Source: Obrimoposthia wandeli (lineage: Eukaryota). Taken from it: a stretch of 64,000 bases of DNA. The DNA lies in assembly GCA_977020255.1 (NCBI GenBank), contig CDROCS010002105.1:434001-498000 (forward strand). The letters are read 5' to 3'. Below the pieces are notes generated by a model. The model made no database searches, had not been told where the DNA came from, and saw only the letters and a program-made list of their open reading frames with translations. The position numbers were made by a program, and so were the translations under genes. Below are positions 28,397 through 37,990 of the stretch, piece after piece (the stretch's first letter is position 1; every line of letters begins with the position of its first letter).

Positions 28397-30082
28397 ATGA
28401 AAAAAGTAACATTATCAACCTATATCCTAATGCGCTTGAAAGAACTCAACACCAATCACATTTTCGGTATTCCTGGGGATTACGTTCTCCCGCTATTTGA
28501 TGAAATTCTTGATGGCGACCATGGCGTACAACATATTATGCCTTGCAATGAACTTAACGGAACTTATGCAGCCGATGGTTATTCAAAACAAAATGGGTTT
28601 GGCGCAATGGCAGTCACCTTTGGTGTTGGTTCACTTAGCTGCACCAATGCTTTAGCCAGTGCATATGCAGACGATACGCCTATTATGGTGCTGTCTGGTG
28701 CACCCGCTGTTAGCGTATTAACAACACCTACTGAACGTCTCTATCATCACGCTATTGGCAATAAATTTGATACTAACGTTGATATGTTTAAGCACATTAC
28801 TTGCGTGAGCCAGCGTGTTGAAAACATTGAAACTGCTCCCTTCAACGTTGACCAAATGCTACGTAAAGCCATGCAAACCAAGAAACCAGTGTATTTGGAA
28901 GTGCCGTACGATATGCAAACAATGGAAGTCGATGCGCCAACTAGGCCTCTAGATTTAATGCTAGAGCAATCTTCAGGGCCAAACCTTGAAGCGGCATTAC
29001 AAGAAGCCGTTACTCTATTACACCGTTCACGCACTCGTAGTATCGTGACAGGCCACCTATTACAACGTGAAGCACTAATTCCACAAGGGTTGGAACTAGT
29101 CAATCAGCTAAATGCTGCTGTTGCGACGACATTTACCTGCAAAATGGGCGATTTTGAAGCGCATACAAACAGTGTGGGTATCTATATGGGTGAAGTCAGC
29201 GAAGATTACACAAAAGAAATGATCGATGGTGCCGACATTGCGATAGCCTTAGGTGTCACGCTAAACGAATTCGATACTGGTGTTTTCTCAACCCAGTTGG
29301 GTAAAAAACAAGATGTTATCTGGATACGTCAAGATTATGTGGAAATTAATGGCCAACGTTTTGACCAAGTCTATCTACGTGATTTCTTACCAACACTACT
29401 AGGCGCGATAAAAGATATCGAGACTGGACAACTTACATTACAGCCAAGACGAAAGTTTGCGTTTGAGCAACATGATGCTTTTGTGGCAACCGATAAAGCT
29501 TTAACGATTGACCGACTGTTCGTTCAATTTTCAAATTACCTAAGGGCGGGTGATATGTTGTATGGCGATACAGGTGGTTTTATTAACAGCTCACAAGCTG
29601 AATTCCCAGCGGATATTATTATGCACGGTTGTGGTAACTGGGGTTCACTCGGCGCAGGCTTTGGCATGTTTGTAGGTGCAAATTTCGCTAACGAACAACA
29701 CCATCGCCGTTCTATCACCATCCAAGGTGAAGGTGCGTTTACCATGAGCGCTCAGGATTTAGCAACATTGATTAACCACAAAAAAGATGCCGTTATCTTT
29801 CTTCTCGACAATTCCGGTTATGGCGCGGAACGAGCGATTCATCCTGGGATAAAACGCTCATATAATGACATTGCTGTTTGGAAATATGAAAAGCTTGGTG
29901 AAGCATTGGGTGGTACCGAAGGGGAAGATGTTCATAGTTATGTTGCTCACACAGAGCAAGACATCGCAAATATATTTGAAGAATTGAAAGCCCCTAAAGG
30001 CATCAATATTGTTCGAATCATGCTAGACCCAGATGATTCTGCAACTTTTAATCTGCGGTTTAGTCAGCTATTGCGCCACTAG
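28397..30082 (+). CDS. TPP-dependent 2-keto-acid decarboxylase (PDC/IpdC/phenylpyruvate decarboxylase family)
   Basis: FGIPGDY, NELN..YAADGY, WGSLG, GEGAF...LLDNSGY..ER motifs. Confidence 0.85.
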   Translation: MKKVTLSTYILMRLKELNTNHIFGIPGDYVLPLFDEILDGDHGVQHIMPCNELNGTYAADGYSKQNGFGAMAVTFGVGSLSCTNALASAYADDTPIMVLSGAPAVSVLTTPTERLYHHAIGNKFDTNVDMFKHITCVSQRVENIETAPFNVDQMLRKAMQTKKPVYLEVPYDMQTMEVDAPTRPLDLMLEQSSGPNLEAALQEAVTLLHRSRTRSIVTGHLLQREALIPQGLELVNQLNAAVATTFTCKMGDFEAHTNSVGIYMGEVSEDYTKEMIDGADIAIALGVTLNEFDTGVFSTQLGKKQDVIWIRQDYVEINGQRFDQVYLRDFLPTLLGAIKDIETGQLTLQPRRKFAFEQHDAFVATDKALTIDRLFVQFSNYLRAGDMLYGDTGGFINSSQAEFPADIIMHGCGNWGSLGAGFGMFVGANFANEQHHRRSITIQGEGAFTMSAQDLATLINHKKDAVIFLLDNSGYGAERAIHPGIKRSYNDIAVWKYEKLGEALGGTEGEDVHSYVAHTEQDIANIFEELKAPKGINIVRIMLDPDDSATFNLRFSQLLRH

Positions 30083-30354
30083 GCAACGACGTTTTACACA
30101 GTTGTGCAAAACGAAATAGCAAAATATCCTGAATATTGTAACTCGAAAATGTCCAGAGACGTGTCAGCGACAACCTGTCTGACACGTTCTTGCCCCTTTC
30201 TTTGTTAGTGCCATTACTCATTCATAGCCTGTTAATGTGTATTTACCATATTTTAATTAATACGATGGGATAATCAAATGCAGTAACGCAGCTATATTTT
30301 GCGCAAAACCCTAAGATCGTGACCAATATTTCTTGGCCACTACACACACAACAA

Positions 30355-30740
30355 CGTGTGAGTGAGCTTCTTTCGCTTATAGATTTTGCCAAACTTCAAA
30401 CAGCCAGGCCAAAGTGGATCTTAGGCTTTTCTGACGTTAGTACGATAGCTGCCGTGTTCGCTAGTAAACTGAGGTGGGCAACCGCACATTGTTCGAACTT
30501 GATGGACTTAACCAGTGAAGCTAATGATCCATTAACAGCTAATACCCTTACACAGCTAATACCCTGCACACCTAAGTACCTCTACAGGTGGAAACTTTTC
30601 GCAAACTGCATCGAAGTTATACGCTAGTAGCTGGCCAGATATCGCAACTGAACCTGCCTCTGGAATAACGCCAGATACACCGACTAACTGGAAGTGGCTG
30701 ATAAAACCCGAATTTGGCTTATCAATAAAGGGAAGATTCA
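30355..30740 (+). pseudogene. Internal fragment of an S66 LD-carboxypeptidase (MccF-like)
   Basis: ELLSLIDF...PKWILGFSDVSTI...ATAHCSNLMDL, frameshift near 30570, no valid start or end. Confidence 0.75.
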
Positions 30741-30783
30741 GTCGAAGGAGCAATCATCACCGTTTCCTTACGTGGCTAAAACA

Positions 30784-31671
30784 CTACCAACGAGCTTTTG
30801 AAAAATAGCCTGACAAATAATCGATCAATGCACGGACAGCAGGTGACATGTATTTTCTGGAAGAATAAAGTACATAAATAGTAAGATCCTCCGGTTTCCA
30901 ATCTGGCAACACCTGTTGAAGTTGTCCACTTTTAAGGTATTGACTCACAAGATAAGTTGGTTGAATTGCTAAGCCTGCGTTACACAAGGCCGCATATAGT
31001 ATGGTTGTAGCTTCATTAGCCGTTAGGCGACAATTAACCTCTACGGATTGTTGTGAACCGTTTTTCGTCAAATGCCAGACATGTTGTTGAAAGTTTTTGT
31101 AGCCAAGACACGTATGATTGGTCAAATCACTTGGTTTTAAAATATTACTACTGCTAGCCAAATACTGTGGAGAAGCGACTAGAACTGAGTCACACATCGC
31201 TATAGGCTTACCTATCAATGACGGATCTGGCGCTGAGGCGATACGGATAGCAAGATCGATTTGCCTTTCTGTGAGATCGGCCACCGAGTCTTGTAAATCA
31301 ATATCAATATTTACTTTGGGGTGTAATGCCATAAACGCCTGAAGAGCTGGCACCAATTGAGAATAACCAAATGACATGCTGGTTGCCAACCGAATCGTAC
31401 CTGACAGATCGCCATTGCTGTCTGCTAGGCCACTTAGGCTATCTGCCTGCCTAAGCCATTGATTAACTTCCTCCAGACAAGCTTCACCCGCCGTCGTCAA
31501 AGACACTTTTCGTGTCGTTCGGTGCAACAAACGTATGTTAAGCCATCCTTCCATCGATTCAAGGTATCTAGTTACCATGGGGCGAGACATATCCAATCTG
31601 GCTGCTGTGGCAGTGAAACTACCCGTCGTAGCAATATCAACAAAAACTTTTGCCGCTGTTAGCCTATCCAT
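30784..31671 (-). CDS. LysR-family regulator (DmlR/PtxR-like)
   Basis: MDRLTAAKVF...GSFTATA.RLDMSRPMVTRY; RLLHRTTRKVSLT. Confidence 0.92.
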   Translation of the reverse strand: MDRLTAAKVFVDIATTGSFTATAARLDMSRPMVTRYLESMEGWLNIRLLHRTTRKVSLTTAGEACLEEVNQWLRQADSLSGLADSNGDLSGTIRLATSMSFGYSQLVPALQAFMALHPKVNIDIDLQDSVADLTERQIDLAIRIASAPDPSLIGKPIAMCDSVLVASPQYLASSSNILKPSDLTNHTCLGYKNFQQHVWHLTKNGSQQSVEVNCRLTANEATTILYAALCNAGLAIQPTYLVSQYLKSGQLQQVLPDWKPEDLTIYVLYSSRKYMSPAVRALIDYLSGYFSKARW

Positions 31672-31778
31672 ATACTTGCTCGAATAAAGAAACAATATTG
31701 CTCAGTTTTGTGTGTTTTTCTGTTCATGTCAATTCCTTATTATCTTCTCTATTCCTAAATAAATTTAAGGAGAAAGGG

Positions 31779-31859
31779 ATGAAAAATTTAACGCGAATGG
31801 CGGCATCTCTCTTACCGACCGCAAGTGCGAAGGTAAATATAGGGGAAATGAAATGGTAA
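31779..31859 (+). pseudogene. 26-aa minigene: fused N- and C-terminal ends of a deleted MBL-fold hydrolase
   Basis: RBS aaggagaaaggg + MKNLTRMAASLL joined in frame to ASAKVNIGEMKW*; AKVxxGEMKW is the usual C-terminus of the MBL gene in LysR-MBL-DsbA operons. Confidence 0.65.
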
Positions 31860-32503
31860 AAATACACTACTTCTACGATCCTATGTGTGGCTGGTGTTAT
31901 GGCGCGTCGTCGCTGTTAACCGTTATTGCAGAAAACGCTGAGATTAAGCTGGAACTTCACCCCGGCGGAATGATCGCCAGTAAGGCCATCGACCCAAACT
32001 TTAGGGAGCTTATCCTCGTCAGTGATAAGCGCATTGCTAAAATGACGGGAGCATCGTTTGGTAAGAAATACATTGAAAGAGTGGAAAGTAACGATGAAAT
32101 GGTTCTGGACTCTTTCATCACTGCGCGCGCAATTATTACTGCGCAGCAACTTAATATAAAACCAGTCGATATGTTGAAATCCATTCAATACGCTCACTAT
32201 TTTGAGGGCAAGCAGGTTAACCACCCTGACGTACTTGAAGAGCTGTCGGCTAAGCTCGGAGCCGAAGCTACGCAGTGGCATAAAACCATGAATGCGAACC
32301 TAGGTGTAGAACAAGCAGAAATACAGAAAAGCCATTCATTGATGCAACAATTACAAGTACAGGGTTATCCGACACTTTTTCTTGAAATCGATAATAAATG
32401 GGCGGTGCTGCCACATGGGGAGTTTTATGGAAAACCTGAAGAGTGGCAACAGTTTATCGATAAATATACCCGCAGCGATAGCAACGTAAGTAAAGCTATC
32501 TAA
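31853..32503 (+). CDS. DsbA-family protein-disulfide isomerase (FrnE-like)
   Basis: YFYDPMCGWCYG and VQGYPTL motifs. Confidence 0.9.
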   Translation: MVKIHYFYDPMCGWCYGASSLLTVIAENAEIKLELHPGGMIASKAIDPNFRELILVSDKRIAKMTGASFGKKYIERVESNDEMVLDSFITARAIITAQQLNIKPVDMLKSIQYAHYFEGKQVNHPDVLEELSAKLGAEATQWHKTMNANLGVEQAEIQKSHSLMQQLQVQGYPTLFLEIDNKWAVLPHGEFYGKPEEWQQFIDKYTRSDSNVSKAI

Positions 32504-32624
32504 GCTCAGGAGACGACCATGGTATGCAAAAGCTAATACTGGCTCTGTTCGTATTTTCCATACTGTTGAATGAGTATTTGCACTTCGCTTTAACACCAAA
32601 ACTATATTCAAGAAGGAAGTTAAA

Positions 32625-33488
32625 ATGTACAAAAAGATAGCTCTTGTCACTATCACTCTAATCGCTCTTACCGGAATAACAGCGTGTCATTCTTTAAAAG
32701 CAAAAAGTCAGGTTCACGCGAATGCTGAACTTGTCACTGGTGCCCTCACTAATATGTTCGACAAGTTAGATACTAGCGTGATCGACCGCTACTACAGTGA
32801 TACCTATATTCAGCACACACCCAGTCTTAAAGATGGAAAAGAGGGAATTATAGAAGCGGTTGCTGGCATGAAGGCCGCTAACGTATCGATTGATAGAGAA
32901 ATTATCAGGATGCTATCCGAAGGCGACTTAGTTTATGTGCAGTCTCGAGTTTCATTTGGCGGCAGCCCTGCAAAAGTTATTGTCGACATTTTTAGAATAG
33001 AAGATAACAAGATCATTGAACATTGGGATGTAATGCAAGACGAAGTACTAAAGGCCGATAGTGTCAATGGTAATGGTATGCTTGATGGTGGTGGTGATGC
33101 GAAGAAATCTGTTTCAGTTCAATATTTAGCAGAAAACAAACAGGCAATTATCGATTTCATTGAAAAAGGCTTTGCTGGCGACGTCAAACTACTCGATAGC
33201 TTATTTGGCGATGAATATATACAGCACAACCCGCACGTACCGAATGGTAAAGGTGTTGTCTTGGGTTTTCTCAAAGATGGTGGTTTCCCTGCTGATATAA
33301 AAAGAATCGTTGCACAAGGTGATTTGGTTGCTGTGTTCGTGGAATACGGACAGGCTGGTACTGCGTTCCATAATGCCTGCGCAGACCTTTTCAGACTAGA
33401 TGATTCAAGCAAAGTCGTTGAGCATTGGGATACCTGTTCTCCAGTACCTAAACCAAGTAAATTCATGCACAACAATGGAATGTTTTAG
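32625..33488 (+). CDS. Lipoprotein with two SnoaL/NTF2-like domains
   Basis: ITAC lipobox; two repeats of YIQH(T/N)P...DIFR(I/L)...I(I/V)EHWD. Confidence 0.8.
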   Translation: MYKKIALVTITLIALTGITACHSLKAKSQVHANAELVTGALTNMFDKLDTSVIDRYYSDTYIQHTPSLKDGKEGIIEAVAGMKAANVSIDREIIRMLSEGDLVYVQSRVSFGGSPAKVIVDIFRIEDNKIIEHWDVMQDEVLKADSVNGNGMLDGGGDAKKSVSVQYLAENKQAIIDFIEKGFAGDVKLLDSLFGDEYIQHNPHVPNGKGVVLGFLKDGGFPADIKRIVAQGDLVAVFVEYGQAGTAFHNACADLFRLDDSSKVVEHWDTCSPVPKPSKFMHNNGMF

Positions 33489-33509
33489 GTTGCTTTGATA
33501 TGGATGTTA

Positions 33510-33532
33510 AGCGAGGTGTCATCCACCTCGCT
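33510..33532. terminator. Hairpin downstream of SnoaL gene
   Basis: Perfect 9-bp stem agcgaggtg / cacctcgct. Confidence 0.5.
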
Positions 33533-33732
33533 CGCTTTCCCCATGGCAGGACATATGCCAATGCGACATAGGGAACAGAGAACAAAGAATAAAGGTGGAA
33601 GGGCAATTCCGCGAGAGCTCCGCTTTTATTAATCTGTACTTCGATGTTGAGGCTAACAATCTGTAGTCATGCACTCAAAACAGGATAATTTTGTACAGTC
33701 TAATTTTTCGTAACAGGTCTCTTTTAGATTGG

Positions 33733-34179
33733 TCATTCATTTCTTCTGTATTTTTCTGCATTGTGAATCATTTTTGCTTGAATAGATTTCAGTGTTTCAA
33801 GCTCTTCCTCAGAAACCCCTTCAAGTAAAATATCGTTCCATTCTTTAATGATTTGAATCAGTACCATCTCAATCGCTCGCGCTTTTTCAGTAACAAATAC
33901 TAACCTAGCACGGGCGTCATTCGGGCCGCGCTCTCGCGTGATCATGCCTTTCACTTCCAGTTGTTTCAAAACCCGTGTTGCAATGGCTTTATCAACTTGC
34001 ACTTGAGCTGCGAGTGCGTCTTGTGTGATCCCTGATTCAATATAAAGAGCCATGATAAAAGGTAATTGTGAGAACGAAATATCGTGGGTTTCTAATAGAT
34101 TGCTGAGTGCCCATAACTCTTGACGATAAAGCGTCGCAATTTGCTTGCTGATCGGGTTTTTGGGTGCTGTGCTTTTCAT
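33733..34179 (-). CDS. MarR-family regulator
   Basis: SQLPFIMALY..GITQDALA..VDKAIATRVLKQLE.KG.I.R...DAR; start after gagg RBS. Confidence 0.9.
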   Translation of the reverse strand: MKSTAPKNPISKQIATLYRQELWALSNLLETHDISFSQLPFIMALYIESGITQDALAAQVQVDKAIATRVLKQLEVKGMITRERGPNDARARLVFVTEKARAIEMVLIQIIKEWNDILLEGVSEEELETLKSIQAKMIHNAEKYRRNE

Positions 34180-34204
34180 TCGTTCCTCGGTGATCTGTAA
34201 CAAT

Positions 34205-34257
34205 TAGTTGCGCTATCAACTATTATTGAATAATATAGTTGCCATATCAACTATATT
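34205..34257. promoter_or_regulatory. Two MarR-type operators TAGTTG-N6-CAACTA
   Basis: 34205-34222 TAGTTGcgctatCAACTA and 34232-34257 perfect AATATAGTTG-N6-CAACTATATT, between divergent marR and amidohydrolase genes. Confidence 0.8.
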
Positions 34258-34308
34258 GTATCTTTGATACTACCAATAAACAACAATTGAAGAGAGCCGA
34301 GGCCAATA

Positions 34309-36369
34309 ATGAAACATCAAAAATCCATTCCGATAATATTGACCACTTTGTCGACGCTTTGTGCTGCTTCGTCAGCAATGGCGGCAAGTGATGCAACTGC
34401 CTACATCAACGGTAATATTTACACGGCTAATACGCAGCATAAATTTGTCACCTCAGTTGTTGTTGAAAAGGGTGTGTTCAAATATGTTGGCAACGACGTA
34501 AAAGCTGCAACCTCATTTAACAAAGATATAAAAATTGTTGATTTAAAAGGTAAGACGGTTGTTCCGGGTTTATACGACAGCCATATCCATCCTATTGGGG
34601 CCGGCGAAAAACTGTTATTTGAATGCCATCTTCCTGCCAGCGCTAGCGCTGAAGAAGTCATCAATTTAGTTGCTGAGTGTGTGGATACAATGCCTGCTGG
34701 TTCATGGATTATCGGCTCTGGTTGGGGTTCCGATATTTTGATGTCTGGTGACATCCCAACAATAAAAATGCTTGATGACGTATCCAAAGATAGAGCTATT
34801 TTGCTTACTGACTACAGCCATCACAATGTGTGGGTGAACAGCAAAGCCATCGCTGAAAGCAAAATTACACTTGATAGCATGGAGCAATACAAAGACTTAG
34901 TAATCTATGACAATACAGGTGCTTTCTCCGGATTTTTCTTAGAAAGTGCAGGTGGTCCGTTGCATGATGCCGTGCCTAAACGCACCAGTGAAGAGTATGC
35001 TCTTTCAGCTAAAAAAGTGATTACTGAGCTGAATAAAATGGGCGTTATTGGTGTTAAAGATTCTTACGTGTTTGATAAGGAATACAACGCGTGGAAACAA
35101 CTCGATGATGATGGATCATTGACGGCGAACGTCGCATTATCATGGGGTTGGCCGACTAGCAGTAATATGAGCCAAGGTGAAAAACAAAAAGCGTTCATGG
35201 ATATGGTCAAACCAAGTTCAGGGCACCTTTACTCTAAATTCGCCAAAATGACGCTAGATGGCATCCCACCGACGAAAACAGCTGCAATGTTAGCGCCCTA
35301 TAGCGATGATGAAAAAGAAGCATTAGGTAAGCTCAACTATTCCGAAACATTGCTCGCAACAAATTTGATGTGGCTGGATAAACACGGTTTTACAACACAG
35401 GTTCATGCTGTGGGTGATCGAGCGGCACGTACCATGCTCAATGCGGTTGAGAAAGTGCGTGATATACAAGGTGATTCGGGGTTGAGACATGAAATTGCTC
35501 ATGCATGTATCGTTGATCCATCTGACATCAAACGTTTCTCAGAACTGAATGTGGTTCCTAACTTCTCTCCCATTTTCTGGTACCCAAGTATGTTCCAAGA
35601 CGGGCTAGAAATGGCGATCGGTAAAGAACGGGCGGGTAGAAACTGTGCGGTTAAAACGTTGTCTGAAAATGGAGCGATGCCAACAGGGGGATCTGACTGG
35701 CCTATATCACCCGATGTGAATCCATGGAAAGCAATGGAATCACTGATTACTCGCAAAGATCCGAATGGTTTGCGTGCTGACGAAACGGTATGGCCAGAAC
35801 AAAAAATCAATATTGTTCAAGCTCTAGAGTTGTATACGATTAATGGTGCTAAAGCTCAACGCCGAGGCGATAAAGCGGGTTCAATTGAAACAGGTAAATC
35901 TGCAGATATGTTACTACTAAATCAAAATGTGTTTGATGTTGATTCAAGCGCTATCGGCGAGACAAAAGTTGATCAAACCGTATTTGAAGGAAAAACAATA
36001 TACACAAGTTCAGAATCTCAAGTTAGAACAACAATCGAGAAATATTCTGCAAGTGTATTCAACGCAGATACAACAAGTTTAAAGCAGATGTTTCACGCTA
36101 ACGCAGTGATGGCAGGGGATCTTCCTCATGTTCATCTTGCAGGCACGCCTGAACCATTTATTAAGGATGTCGCTTCACGTCCATCGATGGCTTCTCAAAA
36201 CATCAATCTCATCTCTGAAATTACTTACATTGATGTCCAAGGCGATACCGCGAGCGTGACTTTAGAAGAAGAGAACTTTTTCGGTCATGGTCGTTTCGTT
36301 AACTATTTGAGCTTAGTTAAGGAAAACAACCAGTGGAAAATCGTATCTAAAGTATTCACACATAAGTAA
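34309..36369 (+). CDS. Secreted YtcJ-like amidohydrolase fused to a C-terminal NTF2/SnoaL (lumazine-binding-like) domain
   Basis: Signal peptide; DSHIHP, HAVGDRA, HEIAHA, GSDWP, GSIETGKSAD; last ~115 aa end in NYLSLVKENNQWKIVSKVF. Confidence 0.82.
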   Translation: MKHQKSIPIILTTLSTLCAASSAMAASDATAYINGNIYTANTQHKFVTSVVVEKGVFKYVGNDVKAATSFNKDIKIVDLKGKTVVPGLYDSHIHPIGAGEKLLFECHLPASASAEEVINLVAECVDTMPAGSWIIGSGWGSDILMSGDIPTIKMLDDVSKDRAILLTDYSHHNVWVNSKAIAESKITLDSMEQYKDLVIYDNTGAFSGFFLESAGGPLHDAVPKRTSEEYALSAKKVITELNKMGVIGVKDSYVFDKEYNAWKQLDDDGSLTANVALSWGWPTSSNMSQGEKQKAFMDMVKPSSGHLYSKFAKMTLDGIPPTKTAAMLAPYSDDEKEALGKLNYSETLLATNLMWLDKHGFTTQVHAVGDRAARTMLNAVEKVRDIQGDSGLRHEIAHACIVDPSDIKRFSELNVVPNFSPIFWYPSMFQDGLEMAIGKERAGRNCAVKTLSENGAMPTGGSDWPISPDVNPWKAMESLITRKDPNGLRADETVWPEQKINIVQALELYTINGAKAQRRGDKAGSIETGKSADMLLLNQNVFDVDSSAIGETKVDQTVFEGKTIYTSSESQVRTTIEKYSASVFNADTTSLKQMFHANAVMAGDLPHVHLAGTPEPFIKDVASRPSMASQNINLISEITYIDVQGDTASVTLEEENFFGHGRFVNYLSLVKENNQWKIVSKVFTHK

Positions 36370-36388
36370 TCATTCAGAGAGTTGCCTT

Positions 36389-37537
36389 ATGAAAAAGTTT
36401 ATATCTTATCATCCGACAGAATTATTTTTTGGCGATGGATCATTGGACTCGTTGGGGGAGATTGTTTCTCAACTTGGTCAGCGCGCGTTACTTATCAGAA
36501 CACCATTAATTGAGCCAATGAGATCAACATACGAACGAGTTGAAATGCTTATTCGCTCTGCAAACGTAGAGCTACATTGTTTCGATGACGTAGAGCCTAA
36601 CCCGACAACCAGCGTCATCAGCAAAGCGGCATTGCAAGCCAAAGCCGCTAATGTTGATGTGATCATTGCTTTGGGGGGCGGGAGCTCAATGGATACTGCA
36701 AAAGCGGTGGCAATTGAAGCTGCGTATAACAAACCTTGCTGGGATTTTCGTTTTGGTTCAGGTCTTGAACCGGGCGCTGAAACCTTACCAATCATCGCTA
36801 TTCCGACGACCAGTGGCACAGGGTCTGAAGTAACACCGGTCGCAGTAGTTTCCAATGAAGAAGAGAACTACAAATCGATCATTTGGAGCAAGAACATTTT
36901 TTGTAAAGCAGCGATCATGGAACCATCATTGACGTATTCAATGCCAAAGCAATTGACTGCTGAAACTGGCTTTGATGCATTTGCTCACTGTTTTGAATCG
37001 TATATCAGCTCGAACGCAACACTGACGTCTTCAATTTATGCCCTTGAAGGGATGCGACTCGTCGCTAAGTCATTACTTGTCGCGTTTCAACAGCCAGATA
37101 ATAGAGAAGCACGAGCTGATATGATGATGGCAGCAACAATGGGTGGTATGGCGATAGCTGAAACTGGCGTGACACTTCCGCATGGTATGGGTATGGCGAT
37201 TGGTGGTTATTGCCATCAAATGAGTCATGGCGCTTCAATGGCGATGGTATATCCCGACATTATTGAGCAGAGCGTAGTTGAAGGTGGTGAGCGGTATGCC
37301 AACGTTGCACGTTTGTTTAAGCCCTCTCTTGGTGATGAAGCGGCTCAGCATTTACCACCGATCATTACGGAATTTTTGCAGCGGTTAAACCTGGGAAAAA
37401 GCTTAGGCGATTACGGGATTAAAAAAGATATGTTGCCGGATATTGCGAAAGCGAGTTTTGAGCAGCCGGGTTGGCAAGAACATCCCAAAGTGCATTCTCA
37501 AGCTGAAATGTTGCATATTTTAGAACGAAGTTTTTAA
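36389..37537 (+). CDS. Iron-containing alcohol dehydrogenase
   Basis: GGGSSMDTAK, IPTTSGTGSE, GFDAFAH, PHGMG...HG metal ligands. Confidence 0.9.
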   Translation: MKKFISYHPTELFFGDGSLDSLGEIVSQLGQRALLIRTPLIEPMRSTYERVEMLIRSANVELHCFDDVEPNPTTSVISKAALQAKAANVDVIIALGGGSSMDTAKAVAIEAAYNKPCWDFRFGSGLEPGAETLPIIAIPTTSGTGSEVTPVAVVSNEEENYKSIIWSKNIFCKAAIMEPSLTYSMPKQLTAETGFDAFAHCFESYISSNATLTSSIYALEGMRLVAKSLLVAFQQPDNREARADMMMAATMGGMAIAETGVTLPHGMGMAIGGYCHQMSHGASMAMVYPDIIEQSVVEGGERYANVARLFKPSLGDEAAQHLPPIITEFLQRLNLGKSLGDYGIKKDMLPDIAKASFEQPGWQEHPKVHSQAEMLHILERSF

Positions 37538-37609
37538 TCTTAATATCAATCAGTTAAGTTAAATTTCGAGTCGTATCATTATGTTGGTACGACTTCTTAA
37601 TATCGCCCC

Positions 37610-37990
37610 TCCTCTCGCGTCATTATCGGCTCGTATTGGACAGCTTCTACTTTCATTGAGTGGAAAAAGCACTCAACACAGGTTCTATATCCCAACAATT
37701 CCTTCTCTAGTCATATCTTGTTTTAGCTTATAGATTGCGATTAAGTCTCGATAGTCTTTTGAGTAATATGGCTTCCTCTCTCTATGAATTATCACCCTTT
37801 CAGGTATGCCTCTACGGAACAATGCCATTGATAGCGCATCACAGAGCAGAGTCGCTGTCATTCTTTCATTGACCAACCAACTACTTGTCGATAATGACCA
37901 CTAAATATGCATTGCATCATCATGATCTGCTCCAGATAAACCGGACACTAAGTTAAGCGACTTTCCATACTTGTAGTTATTCATTATTTT
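37610..37990 (-). mobile_element. IS3-family remnants (right IR plus degraded integrase core)
   Basis: IR-like TGATCTGCTCCAGATAAACCGGACAC at 37923; frames LCDALSMALFRRG.PERVI.H and FFHSMKVEAVQYEPIMTRE match the IS3 OrfB DDE core. Confidence 0.85.

Noticed and set aside
37685-37876. 63-aa ORF as a functional transposase
   Set aside because: Only a fragment of the IS3 DDE core, with stops and frameshifts on both sides.
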